This document shows positions 34,728 through 46,450 of a stretch of DNA of 64,000 nt, piece by piece; positions within the stretch are counted from its first letter, which is position 1, and the number at the start of each line of letters is the position of its first letter. Origin of the DNA: Lama glama (lineage: Eukaryota); the NCBI GenBank assembly GCA_028534125.1, contig CM052820.1:1488001-1552000 (forward strand), in the 5' to 3' direction. The notes under the pieces were generated by a model that worked only from the letters and a program-made list of their open reading frames with translations, was not told the origin of the DNA and searched no databases. Made by a program: the position numbers and the translations under genes.

Positions 34728-37700
34728 CCCCGGGGCTGTGTTGTTTCTTCCGTGGACATCCTGCCCTGTGACCGAGCATGTGTCTGTGACGTGCAGTAGC
34801 TCACGTCCTCATGGGGCGTGGGGGGGGGGATGCGGCCGATGCAGACGCCGAGCTGGGTCCAAGCTCGGTTTCCCTCGTTCGTGGTCTCTACCTTCAAGAA
34901 ACGGGGTCGGAGCGTTAGGGGCGCTCACACCCCGCACGTGGCGCTCCCCGGGGCAGCGTCTGCTGCTTGGGCGCACGGTCGTTCTGCCTGCGCCCCTCCC
35001 TGGTGGCCGCGTGCTCACCCTCAGAGTGTTTGCTGCACGTTTTCCTGTCTTTCCGTGTTTTGTCCCGAACTCAGGAGCTTCAGTTCGTCCTCTTAACCTC
35101 TCTTGTTAAACTGCTACCATCTCTTAACAAAGGTAAAAGTCTACGTTGACTGGACTTTTTGTTTGTTAGGAGTCTTACCCGGCTCTTTAAACGATGGTGA
35201 TTTTCAAAGCAGAGTTATTGTTGGTTTTGTGTTACCTGGCTACCAAACGGCCGCTTTGAATGGTCTGTTTCAAACTCCCTTGTCTTTATAACCCCGGGTA
35301 GTTCTGATACACAGGTGTGGGCATGTGGGGCTCCTCCGGAACGTTTATGTTGTGTTACGGCAGACGCTCTGTGTTCTGCTTGGCCTGTGGGCGGGAAGAG
35401 CGCCCTGTCAGCGCGGCAGCCCGGACTCGGCGAGCGCCTGCTGGATGCCGGGCGTTGGCCCGGACTGTGCGTGTGGCTGCCAGATGGGTGTCTCCGAGAT
35501 GCGTTTTAGCCACTCTGACAGTGGGAAGAGATAGGCACGCAACACAGTCTTTGGGTGGAAGGCAGGCCTGGACTACAGCTGTTCTTATCTGAGGATAAAA
35601 TAACAGAGATGATCCCCACCACGGGGCCTCAAGTAAGCATCCCAGAATGTGGGGAAGAGGGAGCCACCCTGGCACGCAGAGGGTAGCTGTGCCTCGGAAA
35701 ATGATTTATAGTCAGAATCAGAAAAAAGAAATTTCAAGACTTTGGCTGGGAAGACATGCGTCTCCATGGAGGAGCAGAAGGTCACAAAGCGGGGTCAGCT
35801 GGGAGGGAACGACAGTGGGATGAGTTGTGAAGGGAAGCGGTTGAGAGCAATAAGCTGAAGGTTTAGTCAAAATCTGCATGGAAAGCCGTAAGGAGTAAAA
35901 CTCACGCTGTGGGAAACAGTGGCGACGAGGAGAGGGTATTTGAGAAGGGGCCTGGGGGGCGGGATAAACCAGCGCACCCCAGCTGGGGAGAGGCCAGGCG
36001 TGCCGGAGAGGCCCCAGCCGGGCAGCTGGGCACCTCTGACGATGCCAGAGCAAACTCAGCGGAAGCAGCCGTCAGGTCGTAATTCAGGAGCGTTTTCCTG
36101 AGCAGGAGAGGAGACCTGTAGGTACTGAAAGGTTCACGTGTGGAGCAAAGTGAATGAAGAGACTGTTACTAGACGTCTTCTGGCAACGTTTTTGAATTTC
36201 AAGATCAGTGAGAAAAAGTCCTGACTGAGTCCAGTCAGAAGAGAATGATGACACAGTGACAGTGTCAGAACGCCACCCGTGAGGCTGCGGCGCCCGGACA
36301 GGACGGGCCTGTGCCAGCCCGGCGCCCTCTGCCTCTGACGGCGGGCGGGCTCGGAGGTTTTCGGGGGAAGCATTTGCGATCTGAGGCTTTTATACCCAGC
36401 CGCGCTGTGATCTCTGTGTGGAGACCACGGAGCCACCTGAGACTTACAAGGGTTTGCAAAATACACTGTATGCATGGCTTTCAAGACAGTTTCTTCCTGG
36501 TCCAGAGACGAATAAAAATTCTGAATCGGAGATACGTAAGTCGCTGTTGTTCCCGAGGAGATGACCAGATACAGAACAGTAGTCGTAATGGTGTTAGTCA
36601 CAGAGTTACAGAGAGTATGTAACTGGAAACCACCGAGGTAGACAGTTCTGGGGCTTAATCGTTTGCATGCTGAATAGGTTAGGGCTCTTTGGTTATAAGC
36701 AATGTGAAAAAAAAAAATCCTTGAATAATTGAATCAAGACCAGGAAGTTGTCACACTCTTCAAGGAGGGGATGTCAGAGGGGCCTCAGAAGCACCCTGAG
36801 CCAGCGTCGGCAGGAGGATTTTCGTAATTACCATTTTCTCAGTTTATTTGTGTATTCTGATTGTGAAGTAGTGCGTGCTCATCACAGCAAAGTATTAAAA
36901 GTCACCCGTGATGGTGTCACACAGAGGCCAGTGGCCGGTGGTCCGAGTTCTCGGACTTGTTTCTTTGGGCTCCTCGGTCAGGTGACTGACCTGTGCACGA
37001 GTGTGGTCTGGAGAAGAGGGCTCGATGAGCTTGGCTTACGTCCCGTGCTGCCTTTCGGTCTGGGGACGTGGCCCTGTGACTGGCAGGTCTCATCAGAGCC
37101 ACCTGCAGGGGCAGGAGCAGCCCTCACAGTGGGGAGGCCAACAGTCTCCGTCCCAGGTGGAGGGGGAAGCAGCCTTCAGAACGCCGTCACCAGGAGTTGT
37201 TAGCGACGTTGGACAATTCCCGACTGTCATGTCGGCAGAAAGAGAGTAGGACACACGACCGCAGGGCTGGTGGTCGGGACGGGCACAGGGCAGAGCAAAG
37301 CAGCGGCCAGGAACGCATCGGAGCGTCACCCCGTGCTTGCCTCCGTCCGTGTGGTGGTGTCCTGGGTGACTTCTTAGACACTTTCCCGTGATGAGTATGT
37401 GTCACATGTATAATCCGAAAGTGGAAAGACACTGGGGAGATGGTTCTCAGGAAGGTGGAAACGCGGGGAGCTGTCGGAGGCACCGTGTCAGAGGGAAGCG
37501 GGGTTGGGACTTGCCCTCTGGGACCACCGCCAGGAAACAGGAGGACTTGTGGAAATCGCAAACGCAGAGAACGGGCGGTGGGGAGGGCTTAAAGTGAATT
37601 TCCTTTTAAAAGGTTTTCCGTCCAGCGTGCTGAGGTCTAGAGATGCGGCTCTACAGATGTGTTTTCACACGTACCCACATATATTTACTAACAGAAACAG

Positions 37701-38519
37701 CAAGCAGTTCGTATGAGCAGACATGATTCCAAGTGAACTGTTTTACCGTCTATGATGGACACAGGAGAAACACTGAGGTGCCTCCTGAGGCAGACGTGGC
37801 TGTCCACGTGAGATCCTCCCTGCTAACCCACGCCTCCTCTCTCTCCACCACACAGGTCGTGTCCTGAGAGCCTGCGGGGACTGGCTCTCCTTTGGATGAC
37901 TTGGCCCACGACGTGGTCGGCGGGACTCGAGTTTCCGTGGCTGTGGCCCAGCCTCCCCGTCGCCTACTTGCATGTGTCAGAGGAACTCTGGGACCCTTTG
38001 GAGATATTGTTTACGTGGAAATTTTGAGCCATTCTGAATCACCTGCAGGACAAGGCTCTGCTCGCAATGAGCTCCCAAAGCCATCCAGGTGAGCGGGCCC
38101 CGGGCTCCCGGGTGGACGGGCTCCCCACGGAAAGGGGCTGTCTTGTGACGGCGGCTTGTCCTGGGTGTCACACGCGTGCTCTTCTTGGTCGTGACCGCTG
38201 CTGGTTTCTGATGGCACCAGGTGCCAAGAGCCTTCTTCGTCTCGGTGACAGAACACGGTGCAGGCCTCCCGGAGGCCTGGGTCCATCTAGGTCTGGGCTT
38301 GCGTGTCGACCCCCACGCTCCTCTGGGGCCGCAGGAGCGGCGTTTACAGGTCCACGTGTGGCTTGGAGTTACTTTCTTCTCCAGCTGTTTGTGTCTGGGG
38401 TCCGTGGGGTGGGGGTCCCTCTGTGACGGGCCCTTGGGGCCGGGTCTGAGAAGAAACACACGACCGGCCCTCCTGGGTGGTGGCCATGGCATCACCAGGC
38501 CACAGGCCTCGCTTCTGGT

Positions 38520-38685
38520 GCCCAGGGCTTTAATTAGGCGCCACACTGAGCATCTTACACACAGTTCATCTTCACAAGGCCCTACACGCCTCAGGCCTGG
38601 TGGGCAGCGTCTAGGGTCACAGTGTGGCTCAGTGGCCCGGAGGGACTGGGAGCCACGTTTGTCTGGTTGGAGCGCCAGGAATGTG
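38520..38685 (-). mobile_element. MIR fragment
   Basis: CATCTTCACAAGGCCCT..TAGGGTCACAG..GGGACTGGGAGCCACGTTTGTCTG resembles antisense MIR. Confidence 0.45.
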
Positions 38686-39049
38686 TTATGGTTGCACGTT
38701 CAGGACTTCCCTCCCAGAGTCCAGTGCATGCCCCAATGAAGCTGGGGCCCGGCCTTGTCCCACCTCGCTGGTCCACCTCCCACGGGGCTGGCCTGCATGC
38801 TGCCCGCCTGCTGCCCCGACCTCCGTGGCCTGGCCTCTGGGGCACGTGGATCTCAGCCTGTCCTGCGCCCACCTGGACAGGTGCTGGGTGTCCTTAGGCC
38901 CCCGCATGTGTCAGGGTGGCCGGTGTCCGGCTCAGCAGGGAGGGGCTGAGGCTGGGTCTGGTCTGTCCCTTCGGGATTGTCCCCCCAAGGCCCACACCCC
39001 TCTGCTTGGCCCGATCGACCGTCTGAAGCTCCCAAGAGCAGGGTTCTGG

Positions 39050-40700
39050 GCTGTATTTAGATACGAAGGCTTCATTGTAAATCTGTCTTTCATGTATTGA
39101 TAGATAGGAGAGGTTAAACAGAATGAAGCAGCCTGGGTCGCAGAGCGTAACATGGACCTCGGACAGTGCCCTGCTGTCTCCGCCCGCTCAGAGTGAGCTG
39201 CTGTGGAGAAAGGGCTCTGCCTTTCCCTGTGTCTGAACACACGGTGCGTGTAAATGTTTCAATAGAGCGTACTCATCCTGTGGGCTCTGTGTTCTGTTTT
39301 TTTCCGTTGAGTGCATTATGGCATCTTTTGATGGCAGTATGTATATAAAACCAGCTTGCTTTTGGTAGCGTGCAGATGATTCTTTGTGTGGCTGCAGTGC
39401 TATTTATAACAGCCCCGACTTGGCATCAGATAATTATCATCCGTGTTCTTTGTACATGCACTTCTCTGAGTGCCTCCATGGGGCCAGTTCCGAGAAGTAG
39501 AATGTGGGAGGGTGGTGGGCACGCGCGTTTAAACCTTTACGATTACTCTCAACTCACTCCACAAACTGCCTCAACTGCTCTTGTTAATGCGCACATGTAT
39601 TTTTCTTCATTTGCACCAGCAGTAGGTGGGCTTGGTCTGTTTCATTCTTGTCGGCGTGTGAGGGGAGGAGCGTTGCTGGGACGTCACCGCTGTATGAGAG
39701 GGGCGCTCCTCTTTGAGCTGTGCAGACACGATCAGATCCTGTCCACGCCACCAGGCGTTTAAAGAGAAAGGATGCTCTTTTTTCCCCCGTTTTTTTCTTT
39801 TTTGTCTAAAGAGGTCGAATGTATATATCAACACTCTAGGTAAAGTTTTCTCATTCGTGTACATTGTACGCAGTTGGCCTTGGAACAACATGGGTGAGGG
39901 GTGCTGAGACTCTGCCCAGTCGAAAATCCACCCTTTGTATTTTCAGTCCACCCTTTGTATCCACGGTTCCTCTGTGTCTGCAGCTCTGCATCCACGGAGT
40001 CAGCCAGTCACGGATGGTGTGGCACCGTGGCGCTTACTACTGAAAAAAACCTGCTCTAAGTGGATACATGGAGTTCAGACTCGTGTTGTTCAAAGGGCAA
40101 GTGCATTTATATACAGAAGTGCATGTGTTTTTTCTCTACGTGCTGTTTCATCTGCACACATCTGAGTTGTGTCAATCAGTGTAGCTTTACTCTTCTTCGT
40201 CTCCTTGATTTCTCTAAATGTCTGCTTTCTATTATGATTATAGTTTGCAACGCTCTTTTTACAAGAAGACCGTTTTATTGCCCTTTTTCGTTTTATATAT
40301 TCCCGTGCGTTTTTCAGTGCTTAAAAATGGACTGTATCTCTTGGTGGCCCCTCCCCCCCTTAACAAAATACAACGTATTTCTCTTTGTTTAATGTTTCCT
40401 TGCCCCAGAGTTTATTAATCTCCTGGAAGTATCTCTGCCCTTGGTTTCCTTTGGCTGACAAACACCTCTCCACCCACTTAATCTTACCCTTGCAGGCGTT
40501 CCCTTCAGGGCTCGCCTCTGAGCAGCGGAGTGCTGGCTGGCTTCTGCTTCTCCTTTCAGAGTCTGTGTGTCTCGCGTGGGGAGCCTGCCTGTCGAGGTTT
40601 CCTGCCGTCGAGTCTCATCCGGCGAGTGTCAGGCTGCCCTTCTGGCTCTCGCAGGGGTGGAGCCGTCGAGGGCCAGGCGGCCTGAGCCTCTTCCCTCCCC
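39050..40700 (-). mobile_element. Old L1ME-like fragment(s), antisense, interrupted by a Tigger2-like element
   Basis: T-rich L1-like phrases (TTGAGTGCATTATGGCATCTTT, CATTTGCACCAGCAGT, TTTTATTGCCCTTTT). Boundaries approximate. Confidence 0.55.
39871..40103. mobile_element. Tigger2-like MITE with terminal inverted repeats
   Basis: CAGTTGGCCTTGGAACAACATGGG .. TCGTGTTGTTCAAAGGGCAAGTG form imperfect TIRs. Reverse-complement homologue of 817-1025, with an internal tandem duplication of TCCACCCTTTGTAT. Confidence 0.85.
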
Positions 40701-43189
40701 TTCTGTCCGCGTGGACGTGTGATGTAGTGAGTGATGTGGGGCCGGAAGCTCCCCATCCTCCCAGAGCAGCCCCTGGAGCTGCAGTGGGGCCCCAAATGTG
40801 CCTGCCACCGGGGTCGGCACCCTGGCCAGCCCCCCGCCGCCCTGCCACCCCCACGCTGTCCCAGGCTGGGCGTGGTGCTGAGCCGGGGGTCGGTCCAGTG
40901 CGCTGTCCGCGAGGCCTTCCCAGGGGCCGGGCTGCTCGCTTGTGGTCATTGTCCCATCACTTGGGTCCCATGGGATGAACATTTTCTAGGAAGTTCCTCC
41001 AAGTGCCTTGTCTGTCGATGCCACTCCTTTCCCACTGTCAGCCTCGCTGCAAGTCCTTTCACGTTTCTATTGACACTTTGTCGTTTCCGTGGTTTGTGGG
41101 AGGGAGAGAAGTGACACTGACTGGCGCAGCTCCAGGTGGTCCTTGTCCCCGTCTCCCGCCCGGTCTCCCGCCCGCCGCGGGCCCCTCCCTGCCCTGGCCG
41201 CTGGCCGCCGCTCCGCCCCTCCTGCGCGGCCCCTCCTCGGGCGCTGGCAGTGCAGGCTGGCCCTGCCCGGTGAGCAGATGGCCTTTTTATTGGGTGTGTG
41301 GAGGTCTTCTCTGCCCTGTTTTCCTTGAACGCTCCCTCCGCTGTCGGGTGAGGTGCGCGTTACGATTTTATTGCCGTTCCTTCTGGACTTTGCCAGAGCC
41401 AGGCCCTGGTTTTCTGACGTAAAACTGTTAACGGTTGGGGTTTTATTGCCCTGCATAACTACTTCTAATGATGCGAGCAGCCTGAGGAAAGGGCCTGGCT
41501 TGATTTCGTCCAAGAGAACGCTTCTTTGAGAGGTTCTGAAGTGTGCAGCTCCGTGCCGTTCCCTGGGGGATGTGCCAAGGGGGGTTGGGGACTCTGCTTT
41601 GAGGGCGAGTCCCCCCCGCCGCAGACTGAGGGGCGGGCGCTGTCAGGACGAGCAGGGCTCCCTTCCCTCCCCCTTGCCTCTGCTGCAGACTGTGGTCTTC
41701 CCGGTGCGCCCAGCGTGCCGGGTTTCAGGCCCCGGGTGGCTACAGGGGCCCCAGCTGCTGTCACCCAGCCTCCTGCCCACCCCCGGCCCCTCCAGTGCGG
41801 CTGCCTTCCTCGCAGTGACGTTTCTGCCCAAAGAACGTGTGGAGGGGCTGGAAGCCCCGGGGAGCCCCGCAGCGGCGCCTCCAGGACCCGTGTGTGGGCA
41901 CCACACCACGCGCCCTGCAGGGCACGGCCGAGCAGGGTGGACTCAGGTAATGCCAGTGCCCCTCCCTCCCTGCGTCTTGGTGAGAGGCCTGTGCAGTGTT
42001 GAGGGGAAAACAGGTTAACTGTTTTGAGGGGAATGTGTATATCTGAGATCCATGTTTTAATTTGGACCCTACTCTGATGTCTTAGTGTCCTGTTCAGTCT
42101 GAAACACCCCGTTCATGTAAAAGCAGCTACAGTCTGTGTCGACGATGATCGGATGATGAATGAGTTTCGACTCGTCCGATTTGTTCCGTCCGTTGTCAGT
42201 GTCTAATCCCGCAGTCTCCCCGGACAGGGCCCGAGGCCTCCGCTGGCCCGAGCAGGGCCTGGCCCCCCTCACTGCATGCTGAGGCTTCGTTGGTTGGGTC
42301 TTGAATTTGTTTATTTCAACCAGTTTGGCCCCCAAGGCTTTTATATTTAAATACAGAAATGATCTCAGAAAGAAACACTTTTCTGCCATTTTTTTTTAAA
42401 TTGTGCTTTTCAGTGGTTGAATGTTTCAGGAATATTGAAAGTTTTAAGGGGAGGAAATGGGTTTTGAGGGCCTGTAATTAACACAAAGAGGATGTCGACT
42501 CTGAGCTGCCGGTGATGGGTTGTAGGCCCTGAACGAGGCCCTGGGCCACAGAGTTGATGGGAGGGCTGAGGCCCAGAGTGGCCTTGAGCGAGGCTTGGGG
42601 ATGCCCAGGCCTGGCCCTTCAGGAGGCGTGGTGTGCCGTCAGCAGGTGCAGCTGGGAGGGTCCTGGGAGCTTAAGCCAGGAGATGGGGCTGGGGCTCACT
42701 CCCGTGGGAAGATGGGGAGCAGGTGGCCACAGCTGGAGAAGGACACGCAGCGTCCCCAGTGAGCCCTGGGAGTTCAGGGCAGGGGAGCAGGGCTGAGCCC
42801 AGGACACGGGAGGGGAGGTGGGCCTGGTGCCTGGCCGGCCGGGGCAGGCCTCTCAGAGGGAAGGCAGGAGAGACCGCTGTCCGATGGCTGGGGGGGCGGG
42901 GGCGGGGGCGCTTGGGCGCCTCTTGTGCTGCCTGCTTCTGCTTTCTCAGGGGTGGGTGGCAGAAGTCCCGGGCGTTTCCGTCTGCAGCGCGTCCCCGGGC
43001 CTCCTCCGGGCCCATGTGCAGCGCCTGAACGGCCCCTGCCCCGGATTGTCCGCCATCGTTATCTGGGATCTTAATCAGTCAAGGTTTGTTCTGGAAATCA
43101 TGGAGACATAACGACTTCTTTTTCAACATACTTTTTTTTAAATCGTCAAATTGTGTTTTGTCTTTTAAAAATCACGAATACTCAGTCGC

Positions 43190-43450
43190 TATGAAGAGCT
43201 GAGAAAATTCACTGTCAATGGAGCATTGATGGTTTGTTTTGGCAATTCTCTGAACATTCTTATACAGTCTGTGGAACATTTGCATTTAGGTTCTTTTTTT
43301 TCCAAGCCACCATTGTAGAAATGCAAATTTCTGCGTTCTGAGATGCTGAATGTTGGATGATTAATGATATTGAAATTTAAGAATGAACTCCTGGTATGTA
43401 TTTGACACTGAAAGCCCTGTGCTGGATCATTAGAAACCATTGAGCGCAGC
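43190..43450. promoter_or_regulatory. Candidate POU/SOX enhancer
   Basis: ATTTGCAT 43278-43285, CATTGTA-gaa-ATGCAAAT 43311-43328, TGATTAAT 43358-43365 and CTGTCA 43212-43217, in an AT-rich non-repeat island. Confidence 0.5.
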
Positions 43451-45444
43451 CTGACTGTGGAAGAGCAAGGCCGTGATTCAGGCGCCCTGCGGCGAGGGCA
43501 GGAGGGCCGTGGACAGGTGCGCTCTGTGCGGCCACCTCCAGGCGCTGGGCCCCGGCTGCTCTATTTAAAAAGCCGGAGCTGTTTAAAACTTACTACAGTA
43601 GTGAGTGAGCACGGCTCCTCCCTGATTGCAAGTGGAGCCCCGCTGCGCTTTCAGGCGCCCGCGCTGAGCAGCGAGGTCGTTCTGAACTGGGCTTCCCAGT
43701 TGTTCAGCGGTCTGGTGAGATAGCCCTGTGAAGTAAGCTGCGACGCCGTTACTTCTGTTTCATCAGTGAGGAAACAGCATTTCCTGCTGTCCGTGCTAAG
43801 CCTCAGCCGTCTGCTCAGCGGCCACCTGGAACCAGAGTTGGTCGTCTGCCCGCGAGGGCGGGTGTCCCTCTGCTGGGTGGACCCCGGGCGCTCTGGGCGC
43901 CGTTAGGAGTCATCCTGCCGACCTGCGTGGGGTGCCCGGCCAGGCCGGGTGGAGGCGCTGGCCTCCTCAGGACAGTGTGGCTCACGTGGAGAGAGGAACA
44001 GGCTGGGGCACGGGCAGCCCCAGGAGGGGTGTGTGAGGGCAGGACGTGTGAGCCGAGTGGGGCACGGAGGGTGAGATAGCCCTGAGGGGGCTGGAGCTCG
44101 GCTGGCAGAGGAGGGAGACGGGGTGCAGAGGGGGCGTTAGGCCCCGGGTGCAGGCCGGGAGGTCCCCCCGGCCCGTCCCCTCGGCTCTGAGGCTGGTCCG
44201 CGAGGAGAGGGGAAGTGGGTGCCGGGCCCTCTCCTGGGACCTGTGCTCTGTGTCCCCTTGGTCTACGCGAGCATAGTTTTGCTGTCGCGGAACCTCTGGG
44301 CTTTGGCCCTTCTCACAACGGGTCTTGAGTGTGTTCCTGAACTTTTGAGCTTCTCTTGGCCAGTCCTTAGAAGGAGCTGACTGGGTGACCGGCAGACCGG
44401 GTTCATTCGGGAGATTTTGGTTGAAACTTTTCATTTTACTTCCACTTACAAGAGCCTTTTTATTTGCTTGTCGCATGGGAACACGATAAGAAATGCGCAC
44501 TTTTAGGAAAATTATGATGAAGAAAAAGTCAAATGAGGCAAATAACTAAACTGTCTAGAACCGCGCCTGGCTCTGTGCTTTAAGTTGGTTTGCTTTTCCC
44601 CACTTAGTGGGTCAGCTGTGGGGTTGCTGGCCTTTCGGAGGGAGTGGTGGGCGCTGTGTGATGGAGAGCAGCCTTCGGGTGATCGTCACGTTTGTCCCCC
44701 TCCCCACCCCCACTCCCCGTTCCTACAACAGGGACAGATGAGTTGGGCCCCTCGTGGACTGCACCCCCGCAGGGCAGTCAGAGCCGGGCCCCCATGTGCG
44801 GGCGGCCCGGGGTGGGGGGGTGGCCGCATCCCGGAGGCTGCGTCAACTTTGCGGTTCTGCCACCTGCCCAGGTCACGAGCTGGGGCGTCTGACCTACGGC
44901 GACCTCGTCCTGGGGGACTCCTGGCTCTGTGTCTCCCCGCTCGTATCGCCCCTCCTGGTCCTGCTCTGCCCAGCGTTCCTGCTGCTGCTGCTGCTCGACT
45001 GCGAAGACCCCGACCCGGACCCGGCATGTTCCGGGCTGAAGCGCAGCTTCGGCGCTCTTGGGATTTTAACGTGAAGAGCAGCGCTCGACACGCAGCCGTT
45101 TTCTAACTGCCGCTGACGCCACAGACTTTCTAAGGGCGGTAGCGAGGCTTACTTAAAGTGGTGCCAGAAATAAAACCCACACGTCTCCCACGTCGCCTTG
45201 TTGCTGTTCCTCTTGCTACGGCGTTTGTAAAGAACTGAGTGAAATCAGTGTGAGCATCTTGGTGCTGGTCACTCGGAGGTCACTGACCCGGGGCCTGGGT
45301 CCTGCTGGTAACTGCCTTCCACTAGGGCTCGCGTGAGCTCTCTGACTCTGCTCATTTGATGCTGGCGATTTGTAATTGTTAAGCCATCGTCTTCAGAGCC
45401 TTTAACTGGAGGCCCTTTTGTGATGGATGGCAGTTTGTTTATTC

Positions 45445-45587
45445 ATTTTTGCTTGTTTTTTGTTCTTTGAGGGGGAGATAATTTGGTTGGTTGGTTTGTT
45501 TATTGTTTAATGGAGGCACTGGGGATAGGACCCGTGACCTCGTGCATGCTAAGCACGTGCTCTGCCATTGAGCTATACCCGCCCCCC
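45445..45587 (-). mobile_element. Vic-1-type camelid SINE (tRNA-Ala-derived)
   Basis: Minus strand GGGTATAGCTCAATGGCAGAGCACGTGCTTAGCATGCACGAGGTCACGGGTCCTATCCCCAGTGCCTCCA, then an A-rich linker, AATTATCTCCCCC and an A-rich tail. Confidence 0.85.
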
Positions 45588-46420
45588 ACCTTATTTTTTT
45601 TAAACTTTAAACTCTCAGGCCATTTTTTAGGAATTGCACCTTACGATGCAGCTGTTCAAGGTGCCAAATGCCAGGAGAAGACCTTCCGCCTTAAGATCTA
45701 AGGATTCTACTTGGATTTGTTTGCTTTGAAAGTCGTTTGTTCCATCTTAAGTGTAGTACGTGAATTTTCCCAGGAAGTGCTTTGTAGAAATTGGACTTTT
45801 TTAGAACAGCGTTTCTCGCCGACTTGTTGATTCAGTAGGATTTACAGGAGAATCCGTGGAATCTGATCTTGAAGCAGGTGTTCGGGACGCTGTACCAGAG
45901 CCCTTTCCAACTTGCTCACGTCTGTGAGGTGGGTGTTTGGTGGTGGGGCCTCTAGTGCTGAGCAGTGTGGTGCGGAATTCTTAATGCACCTCGTTTCCAC
46001 GTTCACATTGATTTAATCCAAATCAGGGGCTGACTGACTGCTGCTTACAGCCCCGCCTCCCCTCTGCAGCCTGACACACAGACTGCAGACCCGCCTGCCA
46101 TCCTCTTGTGCCCAGCCTGGCGCCGTCTTTGCCGGAACACCTGCAGTCTCCACGTGGCTTTTCATGCGGACCCCTCACGCGAGGTCCCAGCGAGCTGACT
46201 GCTTTCTTCCAGGCTCACCGGAAGGACCAGGGAAGGGAGAGGGGTTAATTGTGCTCTTTCTTAGGTACCAGTACATGGAGTTTTCAGAAAATTTGAGGAG
46301 ATACTGGGGGAAGTGGAGATGTGCAGAGCAGAGAGTTTCACTGGGGAGTTTTACAGAAGCAGGAGATGAGGACCTTTGTGTTTTGTGGTGCCGGACACTT
46401 TGTGTTGAAATCAAGTCACT

Positions 46421-46450
46421 GATGGTGATGGTGATGGTGATGGTGATGGT
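46421..46450. repeat. (GATGGT)5 microsatellite
   Basis: Directly visible. Confidence 0.95.

Noticed and set aside
42148-42282. Hairpin ATCGGATGA/TCGTCCGAT with a box C-like ATGATGA and a downstream CTGA
   Set aside because: No terminal stem closes boxes C and D, so there is insufficient support for a C/D snoRNA; the stem is too short for a miRNA.
45510-45587. tRNA-Ala-like sequence
   Set aside because: It is the head of a SINE, with a broken T-arm/B box and a SINE tail; not a tRNA gene.
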